From: Chiloscyllium plagiosum
Taxonomy: Eukaryota
NCBI RefSeq assembly: GCF_004010195.1
Contig: NC_057755.1
Location: 6,665,210 to 6,723,267 of the forward strand
Direction: 5' to 3'
Length of the DNA stretch: 58,058 bases
Position 1 is the first letter of the stretch. Each line of letters opens with the position of its first letter. The notes under the pieces were generated by a model, which did no database searches, was not told the origin of the DNA, and worked only from the letters and a program-made list of their open reading frames with translations. A program made the translations under genes and the position numbers. Positions 12,577-25,070 of the stretch are shown here, in pieces.

Positions 12577-15500
12577 ACTGTACTGGTCTACTGCAATGAC
12601 TCTATGACTCTATGACACTGTACTGGTCTACTGAACTTTCAGAGCACGCTGTATCATACTCGTCTACTGTACAATCAGAGTGCACTGTATCATAATAGGT
12701 GACTGCACTATGAGAGCACGCTGTATCTTATTGGTCTACTGCATAATCAGAGCATGTTATATCATACTGGTCTACTGCACAGAGTACAATGTACAATACT
12801 TGTCAACTCACAGAGCGCTCTGTATTGTACTGGTCTGGTGCACAATCAGAAAATGCTCTCTCCTACTGGTCCACTGCACAATCAGAGCACGATGTATTGT
12901 ACTGGTCTACTGCACAGAGCACACTGTTTTGTACTGGTCTATTGCACAATCAGATCCTGCTGTATCCTACTGGTCTACGGCACAGTCAGAGCGCTATTTA
13001 TCACACTGGTCTACTGCAGAATCAGAACATTCTTTAACGTACTGGTCCACTGCACAATCAGAGCATGCTTTATCGTACTGGTCTCCTGCACAATCAGAGC
13101 AGGCTGTATTCTCCTGGTCTCCTGCACAATCAGAGCAGGCTGTATCCTGCTGGTCTGCTGCACAATCAGAGCCCGCTATATCGTACTGATCTACTGCACA
13201 ATCAGAACATGTTATATCATACTGGTCTACTGGACAATCAGAGGATACTGCATTGTACTGGTCTGCTGCACAATCAGAGCACGCTGTGTCATACTGGTCT
13301 ATTGCACAATCAGAGTGCACTACATTGTACTGGTTTTATGCATCATCCAAGCATACTGTATCGTCCTGGTCTACAGTACTCTGCACAATACACTGTATTG
13401 TACTGGTCTGGTGCACAATCAGAGAACGCTCTGTCGTACTGGTCCACTGCACTACCAGAGCACAATGTATCGTACTGGTGGACTATACAGAGTGCACTAT
13501 ATTGTACTGGTGTATTGCACAATCAGTACGTGTTGTATCGTACTGGTCTACTGCACAGAGCACGTTGTTTCGTCCAGGTGTACAGCACAATCAGAGCCCG
13601 CTGTATCCTACTGGTCTACTGCACAGAGTGTGCTTTATTATAGTGTTCTACTGCACAGAGCATACTGAATCATATTGGTCAACTGCACAGTCAGAGGATG
13701 CTTTATCACACAGGACGACTGCAAAAGTTTAGCACGCTGTATCATACTGGTCTATTGCACAAAGTACACTGCATTGTACTGGTCTACTGTACAGTTCTAC
13801 TACACAATCATTATCGTACTATTCTCCTGCGCAATCAGAGCATGCTGTATCATACTGGTCTACTGCAAGATCAGAGCGTGCTGATTATATTGCTCTACTG
13901 AACACTCAGAGCATTCTGCATATACTGGTCTACTGCACAGAGAATGCTGTATCGTACTGGCCTACTGCACAGTTAGAATGCGCTGTACCATACTGGTCTA
14001 CTGCTCGGAGCACGTTGCATTGTGCTGGTCAACCTCATAGAGCATGCTGCGTCGTACTGATCTCCTGCAAATCAGAGCATGCTATGTCATATTCGTCTAC
14101 TAAAGAATCAGAGCACACTGTCGCGAACTGATCTATTGCACAGTCAGAGCACGCTGTTTCGAGCTGGTTTACAGCACAATCAGAGCATGCTGTATCACAC
14201 TGGTGTACTGAAGAATCAGAGCCCGCTGTTTCATACTGGTCTATTGTACAAAGCAGACTGTATTGTACAGGTCTACTGTACAGAGTGTGCTGTATCATAC
14301 AGTTCTACTGCATAATCAGAGCACGCATTATCATACTATTCTCCTGCACAATCAGAGCATGTTAAATCATACCGGTCTACTGCACAATCAGAGCGTGCTG
14401 AAAATGTTGCTCTACTGAACAACCAGAGCATGCTGCATCTACTGGTCTACTGCACAGAGAACGCTGTGTCGTACTGGCCTACTGCATAGTCAGAATACAC
14501 TCTACCATACTGGTCTATTGCTTGGACCACGTTGCATTGTACTGGTCAACCTCATAGAGCATGCTGCATCGTACTGGTCTCCTGCAAATCAGAGCATGCT
14601 ATATCATATTCGTCTACTAAAGAATCAGAGCACACTGTCGCGAACTGATCTATTGCACAGTCAGAACACACTATATTGTACGTGTGTACTGAACAAATAG
14701 AGCACGCTGTAGTGTGCTGGTCTACTGCAAAAGCAGAGCACGCTGTATAACGGTGTTCTACTGCACAATCAGAGCACGTTATATCGTACTGGTCTACTGC
14801 ACAATCAGAGCACGTTGTATCGTACTGGTCTACTGAACAATCAGGGGACGTTATATTGTACTTGACTACCCCGCAATCAGAGCATGATGTATTGTACCGG
14901 TCTTCTGCACATTCAGAGCACGTTGTATCGTACTGGTCTACTGCACAATCAGGGCATGCTGTATCGCACTGGTCTACTGCACAATCAGAGCGTGCTGCAT
15001 TGTACTGATCTACTGCACAGAGCATGCTGAATCGTTCTTAACCATCAGAGCACACTCATTTGAACTGGTCGACTGCACAGGGCACGCTGTATTATACAGG
15101 TTTTCTAAATCAGAGCACGCTGTATGGTACTGGTCTACTGCACAATCAGAAATTGCTGTTTGTCCAGTTCTGCAGCACAATCAGAGCACGATGTATTTTA
15201 CTTGTCTACTGCACAATTGGAGCATGTTGTATCGTACTGGTTTACTGCACAATCAGAGCATCTTGTATTGTCCTGGTCTTTTTGCACAATCAGAGCATTT
15301 TATATCGTACTGTCTACAGCACAATCGGAGCACACTGTTTCGAACTGGTCTTCTGCACAGAGAGCCCTGCATTGTACTGGTTTACTGCACATGGCATGCT
15401 GTATCGTGCTGCACCATGAGAACAAGCTGTTTCGAACTAGTCCATTGCAGAGTGCAAGCTGTATCGTGCAAGTTTACTGCACAATCAGAGCACGCTGTAT

Positions 15501-15861
15501 GGTACTGGTCTGCTGCTTAATCAGAACGTGCTGTATCATACTCGTGTACTGCACAGTCAGAGCATGACGTATCACACTGGCTTACTGCATAATTAGAGCA
15601 CACTGTATCGTACTGTTCTACTGTTCAAAGTGCACTGTATTGTACTAGTCTACTCTACAGAGTGCGTTTTATTATATTGGTCTACTGCACAATCAGAGCA
15701 CACTGCATCTACTGGTCTACTGCATAGAGAATGCTGTATCGTACTGGCCTACTCTACAGTCAGAATGTGCTGTACCATACTGGTCTACTGCACAGAGCAC
15801 GCTGTGTTGTACTGGTCGACCACCCAGAGCGTGATGTGTCGCACTTGTCTACTGCAAATCA

Positions 15862-15993
15862 GTAGATTCCTGAAGAAGGGCCTGTGCCCGAAACGTCGAA
15901 TCTCCTGTTCCCTGGATGCTGCCTGACCTGCTGTGCTGTTCCAGCAATAAAGTTTCAACTTTGATCTCCAGCATCTGCAGACCTCACTTTCTC
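15862..15993 (+). mobile_element. 132-bp Penelope-type terminal-repeat insertion with a 13-bp TSD
   Basis: CTACTGCAAATCA is present at both 15849-15861 and 15994-16006. The body is homologous to the terminus of the PLE at 28298-28400. Confidence 0.88.
15864..15903 (+). ncRNA. Minimal type I hammerhead ribozyme
   Basis: AGATTC-CTGAAGA-A-GGGC-ctgt-GCCC-GAAAC-GTC-GAATCT: 6-bp stem I, CUGANGA core, 4-bp stem II, GAAA, palindromic ACGT in place of stem III, and a GUC cleavage triplet. Confidence 0.85.
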
Positions 15994-17784
15994 CTACTGC
16001 AAATCAAAGCATGCTGAATCATACTCGTTTTCTAAAGAATCGGAGCACACAGTCCCGAGCCGACTGCAGAAGCAGAGCACGCCGTATAACAGTGGTCTAC
16101 TGCACAATCAGAGCACGTTATATCATATTGGTCTACTACATAATCAGAGCACGCTGTTTCGTACTGGTCTACTGCACAATCAGGGCATGTTGTATCATAC
16201 TGGTCTAGGAAAAATCAAAGCATGCTTCATTGTATGATCTACTGCACAGAGCATGCTGTATCGTTCTTCACCATCAGAACACACGGTTTCAAACTGGTCG
16301 ACTGCATAGGGCACGCTGTATTGTACAAGTTTTCTACATGATCAGAGCACCCTGTATGGTGCTGGTCTACTGCACAATCAGAAAGTGCTGTATCGTCCAG
16401 GTCTGCTGCACAATCAGAGCACGATGTATTGTACTTGTCGAATGCACAATTGGAGCATGTTGTATCGTACTGGTCTACTGCACAATGACAGCACGTTTTT
16501 TAAATACTATTCTACTACACAATCAGGGTATGAGGTATTGTACTGGTGTAAAGCACAATCAGAGCACGCTGCATTATATTTCTCTACTGCCCACAGCATG
16601 CTGTATCGTGCTTCACTATCAGAATACGCAGTTTCGAATTTGTCCACTGCAGATTGCACACTGTATTGTACAGGTTTACTGCAGAATCAGAGCACGCTGT
16701 ATGGTACTGGCCTGCTGCACAATCAGAGCGTGCTGTATCATACTCGTGTACTGCACAGTCAGACCATGACGTATCACACTGGTTTACTTCACAATTAGAG
16801 CACGCTGTATCATACTGGTCTACTGCTGAAAGTGCATTATATCGTATTGGTCTGCAGTACAGAGTGCGCTATATCATACAGGTCTACTGAACAATCAGAG
16901 CATGCTGCATCATACAAGTCTACTACACAATCAGAGCGTGCTGATTATATTGCTATACTGAACAATCAACGCACACTGCATCTACTGGTCTACTGCACAG
17001 AGAACGCTGTATCGTACTGGCTTACTGCACAGTCAGAATGTGCTGTACCATACTGATCTACTGCACAGAGTATGCGGTATTGTACTGGTTGACCTCACAG
17101 GGCGTGCTGTATCGTACTTGTCCCCTGCAAAACGGAGCATGCTGCATCATTCTCGTCGACTAAAGAATCAGAGCACGCTGTCACGAACTGGTCTGCTGCA
17201 CAGTCAGAACATGTTGTATTTGTGTACTGAACAAACAGAGCACGCTCTATCGTGCTGGTCTACTGCACAAGCAGAGCACGCTGCAAAACAGTGGTCTACT
17301 GCACAATCAGAGCACGTTGTATCGTACCGGTCCACTGCACAATCAGAGCACTCTGTATTGTACTTGTCTACTGCACAATCAGAGCGTGATGTATTGTACC
17401 TGTCTACTGCACAATCGGAGCATGTTGTATCGTACTGGTCTGCTGCACAATGAGAGAGCGGTGTTTTGTGCTGGTCTACTGCACAATCAGGGTATGCTGT
17501 ATCGTACTGGTCTACTCCACATTCATAGTGCTGCATCATATTGATCTACTGTACTCAGCATGCTGTATCGTGCTTCATCTTCAGAACACGCTGTATCGAG
17601 CAAATCCACTGCAGAGTGCACGCTGTATTGTACAAGTTTTCTACACAATCAGAATATGCTCTATGGTACTGGTCTACAGCACAATCAGAGCTCGCTGTAT
17701 CGTACTCGTGTACTGCTCAGTCAGAGCCTTTTAGACAATGAGCCTTAAAGATTCTCAGCACATTTTATTGACATAGAAATAAAT

Positions 17785-18040
17785 AAACATCGTGAAAAGG
17801 AACAGTAGACTGTCATTCAGTTGGTCAAGCCTGCTCCGACTCTCACTATGATCGTGGCTGATCGTCCAACTCAGTATCTGCTCCCAATTCCTCACCATAG
17901 CCCATTAACTCTGTTTTCCAAAGAACTATATCTACATCTTCATTGAATGTCTTCAATGTTTTTGCCTCAACACATTCCTTTGGCAAAATAAAACTCCACA
18001 GGTTCACCACTCTCGGGGTTAAGAAATTGCTCCTGAGCAC
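17785..18040 (-). mobile_element. Decayed CR1 3' fragment
   Basis: LRSNFLTPRVVNLW...CVEAKTLKTF. Confidence 0.75.
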
Positions 18041-18534
18041 AGCATAGTGCGGAAAAGGCTTGCCCTATACCTTAATTATGGCTTTTGGTTCTGGAGGTGC
18101 TTATTGCCAAGCTGGTCTCAGGGTCAGTCTTCCTCTGAAAATCTTTATGTTGTTTCAATAATAATCATGTTAACATTAAATTAAACAGTTCATGGAATAT
18201 GTCGGAAAAGGGATATATGGTTGCTCATGGATTTTGACTAACAACTGAACTGGTGATACTACTTTTTGAGATTATGATCAAGTATCCTCAGGTAATTTAT
18301 ACAAATTAATAATGAAAAATAATGTTCATTCACCAAGGACAATGATGTTTGCAAGAACAGGATAGTAAATTTCCTTTATGAGCAGAATAGCTGCCCGGTC
18401 CATTTATTTTCCTGAAAAGATGATTCAGTGTGTTGGAAGTGATCCTTTAGAGCAGCACCTGGGAATAGCGGGAGAAGGAAATGTGAAATAAGACAAACAC
18501 CTGTGGATAATGGAGGTGTGAAACTATTACTGAG

Positions 18535-18621
18535 AATGCTGGAGAAACTCAGAATGTTTGGTATCGTTGTGAAGAGAGAAACAACTTGAGCATTTCCAGA
18601 CAACTGAATCTTCACCTGAAC
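18535..18621 (-). mobile_element. Decayed Penelope-type terminal repeat (second family), with the hammerhead core eroded
   Basis: gctggagaaactcag...gagagaaac...catttccagac...cttcacctgaac resembles a shark PLE terminus recalled from memory. Confidence 0.45.
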
Positions 18622-19202
18622 CGAAAGCAGCTGGGACAGAAGGGGAGGCAGTCAATAGCATAAACAGATGGTGCGAATAGCGATTTTTTAAATAAATGAG
18701 AGGCAAACAAAGGGATTACTGATGATGACCCAAGAGAGCAAAGCTGAGGAGAGTGCTGACGTGAATGCTGAATGGTTGAGCCTGGATTGGGTGTGCTGGG
18801 CGTCCCATATTACCATATGGACTGAGATATTGTCCAATTCTGGCTTTTGCTGAATTAAAAAAAACGGTGCCCCTTATTTCCTTTTTTTCCAAATTAAAAT
18901 GGTAACATGTGATCGAGTGGAAGTCTTCAAAATGTTACCAGGCTTTCTGATGTCAAGGGAACTCAAGATTGAGTGTCAATCATAATTGCATAGGATCAGA
19001 AGAATACAGCTTTGTCTCTGATCTGCACTTGATGGTTTGAAAGGCCTTTTTGTTGTGCTGTAGACATCAAGGACTGTAGAATCTGTTCAGCATGGTTAAG
19101 AACTATAGACCACTTGTGTTCTTTCACATTGCAGCTGTGTCACTGTCAGTGTGCATTAGGTATAGTTGCTCAAACAGAAATACAGGTCACTCTTGTTGTT
19201 TT

Positions 19203-19300
19203 AGGGCGTTTGTGGCTTAGTTGCAGTGTCGCTACCCCTAAGCGAGGAGGCCTGGTTTCAAGTCTATCCTGGTCTGGCGATGTGTAATAACAAATTGATG
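19203..19300 (+). mobile_element. Decayed tRNA-derived SINE head
   Basis: A-box-like gtggcttagttgc and B-box-like ggtttcaagtct. Confidence 0.45.
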
Positions 19301-19654
19301 AGAAATCTATGATGTGCCTTATTGTTGCAGCATTGCTGGGTTTAACTCCATGAGAGCACGATACTATTGTGTATACGGCAGAGGATGCCGTGAGGAACAT
19401 AAATAGCATCACAGCCGTGGAAAGTGCATGATCCCAGGAGTAATGGGTGAACATTTGCAACATTATGTTGAGTGTGTGCTTGCAGATTCATCACTTCAGT
19501 AAATGACGGGTCATCACTCGGTATAACTATTAACATAACAGTGCATTACCACCAGTTTAGGGGAACAGAGAACCCTGTGGTGCGATGTGGGGTTCCACAA
19601 AGATCAAACCTGTCAGTACAAATCGCATGCTGAAGACAAATCTAGAATTGTTAA

Positions 19655-20000
19655 TACATGCAACATAGGAACTTTGGAACAGGAGGAAGCCATTCAGCCT
19701 CTCCAGCCAGTTCTTTCATTCAATAAGATCATGACTGGTCTGTCACCTAATTTACACATACTTGCTTTTGGCTAATCTCCCTTGATACCTTTGCTTAACA
19801 AAAAAAAAATCCATCTCAGATTTACAACGAGTGATTGATCCAGCCTTCACTTCCATTTGCGAAAGAGAGTTCCTCTACTTATCTTTGTGTATAGAAATAC
19901 GTTCTAACATTTCCTCTGAATGCGCTGGCCCTAATTCGAAGACTATGTAGACCCTGTTCTTGATTTCCTCAAATAGTGAAAATATTTTGTCGTTATCAAA
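19655..20000 (-). mobile_element. Decayed CR1 3' fragment
   Basis: aacaggaggaagccattcagcc...cattcaataagatcatg, similar to ~11910-11970. Confidence 0.6.
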
Positions 20001-23000
20001 TCTGCTCCTGACTCTATTATGAACTTACTTTCTTGGTATTGTCATATTATTTAAGGTAACATGGAATAGAGTGCCTGTGTTAATGCGTTAGGGTGTGTTT
20101 TGTTGTGTTAAAGCGTTAATTGGTGTGTAAGAGTGTGTTAGTGAGTATGTTAGTTTCCGTGTGTGTTTTATGGTGGGGCAAGGAGATTCAGTCTTCTATA
20201 ATCAAATGCAGTGAGTTCCTTGATGTGAAGTTTATACCTTGCCCACAAATTGGTCTGAAATTTCTCTGTACCCGCTAACTATTCTCTTTAAAATCGTTCT
20301 CAGCCAGAGAGACATGCATTGTTAATAGATGATCTATTAGTCTTCAGTAATCAAGTTCCATATCAATTAGAGGTGTGTTGACTTTATCCATTGTTTATTT
20401 GTTCCAGTATTATCCTCCCAGTTCGGTGTTTTCAGAACCCCCACTGGCAAAGATATTTATTACCTTGAACAACTGAGACCGTATCCTGCATGAAATTCGA
20501 TGGGCACAATTTTATTGTTATGTTTTTCTCTACTATAACCAGTGTCTGTTAAAAAAGAAACGGAGAGGGACAAGGGTGAACGTAGGGAAGAGTTGCTTTT
20601 AACCACTTCTCCCTGTTCAATCTTTGTCTCCAGAGCATTCGAGACTTTGTGAGCTGTTCAACGGTTCCTGATTTTCTAATGTCCTTTCTGACCCAACACA
20701 AGGGTGACTTGCTCAGGGCAAATTAATGATCAAAGCATGCAAAGTTTGCATCATTAGCCCTTTCAACTGTTTCAATTATACCTTCAACAAAGTTAATAAC
20801 TTTGGTCAATTCATGACCTTCCTTCTGAAAATTGAGGTAAACATGTTTCCCTATTGATATCGTCAGAATTATAATTTCGCCAGTTGTGCAACGCAAACTT
20901 GGTCATCACATCAGGTATTGCCAAGACTTTAATAACATGCAATTAACATTAAAATCTGAATTAATATATTTGCACCATTGCTGTATCTCCCTCGAATAAT
21001 TAGATCCCACTGACAAGCTTTGAGTTGAGCTTAATCAGTTAATGACTCTTGAAAAGAAAAATTGGATTTAGAATATTTATTTTACATTCCATTAACGTCG
21101 TGGTTCTGGAAAATGTTGAAGCAAGTGAATACCGAATTTGAAGCAATACCCAATTTCTGCCTTTTCCATGCCATGCATAACTCTGTGCAAGTCCTTTAAT
21201 ATTGCTCAGCTTTATTGTCTAAACTTTTTTTCTAAGTTTCATTGCAGCAGCAATTCAAGAACATTCCATATCAGAAGGCCATAACAAATAGAAACAGCAT
21301 TCGGCCATTCGGCCCCTTTAGCTTGCTCTGTCTTCGAATGGGATCATGGCTGATTGCTGGTTCCTCATGTCCATTTGCCTATCCTTTCCCCATAACCCTT
21401 GATTCCCCTCCTGACCAAGAATCTATCTATCTCAGTCTTAAATATACTTCAGTACACTGCCCTCTCAGCTGTCCCTTGGAAATGTAGTCACGAATCTAAA
21501 ACAATAAGCGTATGCCATGCACTTTCCAGTAATGACAAAGGATGGTCACCACACTCGATGATCAATGATGCTAATGCTCATGACAATTCAAAACTGTCGC
21601 TGTTACTGTCTAAATGAGTGAGACAAAGGATGCTTAATGACTTTTTTTTATCGTTAACCAGAACTGAAAGGAAACCAAGAAAGTTACAACGAATTATGAG
21701 CGATTCCTGTTCCTCTGTGGGCATGCCAGTCACCTTCGTCCTGTGATGATATTCCGTTTGTTCATTTTGGTGAATGGTGTATCTGTTATTCAGCTGCGTT
21801 ATCTCCTCATGAACACATAGAACATAGATCATAGAACATTACAGCACAGTACAGGCCCTTCGGCCATCGATGTTGCGCCGCCCTGTCTTACTAATCTGAA
21901 GCCCATCCATCTACACTATTCCATTTGCATCCATATGCCTGCCCAATGAAGACTTAAATGAACTTAAACTTGGCGAATCTACTACCACTGCAGGCAATGC
22001 ATTCCATATCCTTACTATTCTGCGAGTGAAGAAAGTACCTCTGAAATCTGTCTTATACATATCTCCCCTCACTTTAAAGCTGTATCCCCTCGTGTTTGCC
22101 TACCCATGCTTGGAAAAAGGTTCTCCCTGTCCACCCTATCTAACCCTCTGATTATCTTGTACGTCTCTATTAAGTCACCTCTCAACCTTCTCTCTAGCGA
22201 GAACAGCCTCAAGGCCCGCAGCCTTTCCTCGTAAGACATTCCCTCCATACCAGGCAACTTCCTAGTAAATCTCCTTTGCACCCTCTCCAAAGCTTCAACA
22301 TCCCTCTTATAATGCGGTGACCAGAACTGTACACTATACTCCAAGTGTGGCCGCATCAGAGCTTTGTACAGCTGCAGCATAACCTCCCGGTTCCAGAACT
22401 CAATCCCTCTATTAATACAGGTCAAAACACTGTATGCCTTCTTAACAACCCTGTCAATCTGGGTGGCAACTTTCAGGGATCTGTGTCCATGGACACCGAG
22501 ATCCCGCTGTTCATCTGCACTCCCTAGATACCTACCATTAGCCCAGTACTCTGCATTCCGATTACTCCATCCAAAGTGTATCACCTCACACTTGTCCACG
22601 TTAAATTCCATTTGACAACTCTCAGCCCAGCTCTGCATCCTAACTATGTCTCTATGCAACCTACTACATTCTTCATCACTATCCACAACTCCACCTACCT
22701 TAGAGTCGTCTGCAAATTTGCCAACCCACCCTTCTAAGCCCTCATCCAGGTCATTTATAAAAATGACGAACAGCAGTGGACCTAACACTGACCCTTGTGG
22801 TACGCCGCTACTAACTGGACACCAAGATGAACATGTTCCATCAACTACAACCCTCTGTTTTCTTTCAGTAAGTCAATTACTTATCCAAACTGCTATGTCT
22901 CCCACAATCCCATTCCTCCGCATTTTGCATAATAGCCTACAGTGGGGAACCTTATCGAACGCCTTGCTGAAATCCATATACACCACATCAACCGGTTTAC

Positions 23001-23353
23001 TCTCATCTACCTGTTTGTTCACTTTGTCAAAAACTCACTAAGATTCGTTAGGCACGACCTACCCTTCGCAAAACCGTGCTAACTGTCCCTGATCAGATTA
23101 TTCTTTTCTGGATGGTTATAAATCATATCTCTTATAATCTTTTCCAACACTTTACCAACAGCTGAAGTGAGACTCGCTGGCCTGTAATTACCAGGGTTGT
23201 CTCTACTACCCTTTTTAAACAAGCGAACCAAATTTGCTATCCTCCAGTCCTCTGGCACTATTCCTGCAGACAATGATGATTTGAAGATCAATGCCAAAGG
23301 CTCGGCATCTCTTCCCTTGCTTCCCAGAGGATCATATGATAGATACCATCTGG

Positions 23354-23406
23354 GATGGAAATGTGTTGCTGGAAAAGCGCAGCAGGTCAGGCAGCATCTA
23401 GGGAAC
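23354..23406 (-). mobile_element. 53-bp Penelope terminal-repeat fragment flanked by a 94-bp direct duplication
   Basis: gctggaaaagcgcagcaggtcaggcagcatc matches ~28318-28347; 23260-23353 is repeated at 23407-23500. Confidence 0.85.
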
Positions 23407-24295
23407 ATTCCTGCAGACAATGATGATTTGAAGATCAATGCCAAAGGCTCGGCATCTCTTCCCTTGCTTCCCAGAGGATCATAGGATAGATCCCATCTGG
23501 CCCAGGGGACTTGTCTATCTTCACATTCTGCAATAATTCCAATACCTCTTCCTTATGAACCTCAATTTCTTCTAGTCGAGATGAAAGTATCTCTGTATCT
23601 TCCTCGCCAGCATTGTCATTTTCTATGTTGAACACTGTTGAAAAATATTTATTTAGTGTTTCCCCTATCTCCTCTGCCTCCACACACAACATCCCATTAC
23701 TATCCTTTATTGGCCCTAATTTAACTCTTACTCCTTTTATTCCTGACACACCTATGGAAAGCCTTAGGATTAACCCTGATCCTATCCGCCAATAACTTTT
23801 CATGTCTCCTCCTGGCTCTTGAGTTCTCTTTTTAGGTCTTTCCTGGCTTCCTTGTAACCGTCAAGCTCCCTATCTGAGTTATCACATTTTGCCCTATCAT
23901 AAGCCTTCTTCTTCTTCTTGACCATAGATTCCACTTTCTTAGTAAACCACGGCTCCGTTCTATAACGTCCACCCTGTCTAACAGGTACATACTTATCTAG
24001 GACACACTGGAGCTTTTCCTTGAATAAGTTCCGCATTTTTAATGTGCTCATCCCCTGCAGTTTCCTCCCGAAATCTACGCTTCCTAAATCTTTCCTAATT
24101 GCATCATAGTTTCCCTTTCCCCAGCTGTAACTCCTGCTCGGTGGAGTACACCTATCTCTTTCCATCATTAAAGTAAACTTGACAGAATTGTGATCGCTCT
24201 CTCCAAAGTGCTCACCTACTTCTACATCTAACAACTGGCCAGATTCATTACCCAGTACTAAATCTAAAGTGGCTGCGCCCCTTGTAGACCTGTCT

Positions 24296-24382
24296 TGATT
24301 TTGCTGAAGCTCCTCGATGCAGATTTTGCTGAAGCTCCTCGATGTTGCCTGAACTGCTGTGCTCTTCCAACACCATTGATCC
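24296..24382 (+). mobile_element. 87-bp Penelope terminal-repeat fragment with a 10-bp TSD
   Basis: AGACCTGTCT at 24286-24295 and 24383-24392; body gatttt...ctcctcgatgttgcctgaactgctgtgctcttcc. Confidence 0.8.
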
Positions 24383-24885
24383 AGACCTGTCTACATACTG
24401 TGTCAGGAAGCCCTCCTGCACACAGTGGACAAAAACTGACCCATTTATAGAACTCGTACTGTAGTGTTCCCAGTCAATATTTGGATAGTTGAAGTCCCCC
24501 ATGACAACTACCCTGCCTCTCTCACTCCTATCGAGAATCATCTTTGCAATCCTTTTCTCTACATCTCTGGATCAATTCAGAGGCCTATAAAAACTCCCAG
24601 CATGGTGACTTTTCCTTTCCTGTTTCTAACCTCAGCCCATACTACCTCAGTTAATGAGTCCCCAAACGTCCTTTCTACAGCTGTAATATTGTCCCTGATC
24701 AACAATGCCACACCTCCCCCTCTTTTACCATCTTCTCTGTTCTTACTGAAACATCTGAATCCTGGAACCTGCAATAGCCATTCCTGTCCCTGCTCTATCC
24801 ATGTCTCTGTAATGGCCACAACATCGAAGTCCCAGGTACCAACCCACGCTGCCAGTTCACTCACTTTGTTTCGGATGCTCCGCGT

Positions 24886-25070
24886 GTAGATGTTGGGGAC
24901 AAGGAGTAAGTTTAAGGAAGGGTTAGAAAGAGTTTTGATGAGAAATGTGCTGCTGGGCTGTGGAGAGTTGGCCACAAAATGAGACCGAGATGAGATCAGT
25001 CATGACAGTAAAAAAAGGAACAGAATCGAGGGGCTGAATGGCCTCCCTCTGCTCGTAGTACTTATCTTCT
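24886..25070 (+). mobile_element. Decayed CR1 3' fragment
   Basis: tttaaggaagggttaga...agatcagtcatga...gagggctgaatggcctccctctgctc. Confidence 0.6.

Larger units (their letters stand above)
4830..17735. repeat. 36-bp tandem satellite (TACTGGTCTACTGCACAATCAGAGCATGCTGTATCG) with a 32-bp variant lacking AATC; interrupted at 10655-12576 and 15862-15993
   Basis: Hundreds of visible monomers. Translations give 12-aa repeats (IVLVYCTIRACC, YWSTAQSEHAVS, TGLLHNQSMLYR). Confidence 0.97.
21816..24885 (-). mobile_element. CR1 LINE covering nearly all of ORF2 (APE endonuclease + RT), disrupted
   Basis: RSIRNKVSELAAW...VVAITETW, VVMGDFNYP, SDHNSV, KSPGPDGIYP, GNYRPASLTS, LGPLLFVIFINDL, KFADDSK; (ATAGAAC)n tail at 21816-21838; frameshifts and two short insertions. 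Confidence 0.95.

Noticed and set aside
1..17735. CRISPR-like appearance (29-36-bp repeats)
   Set aside because: The repeats are head-to-tail without unique spacers, there are no cas genes, and the context is vertebrate.
4999..17748. Long Cys/His/Tyr-rich ORFs (up to 330 aa) in several overlapping frames
   Set aside because: The 36-bp consensus is a multiple of 3 and stop-free in all + frames. 32-bp variants shift frame freely, so these are satellite artefacts.
19170..19560. Short ORFs with hydrophobic or YYC/SRGKC-like motifs
   Set aside because: Interrupted by stops, with no coherent family signature.
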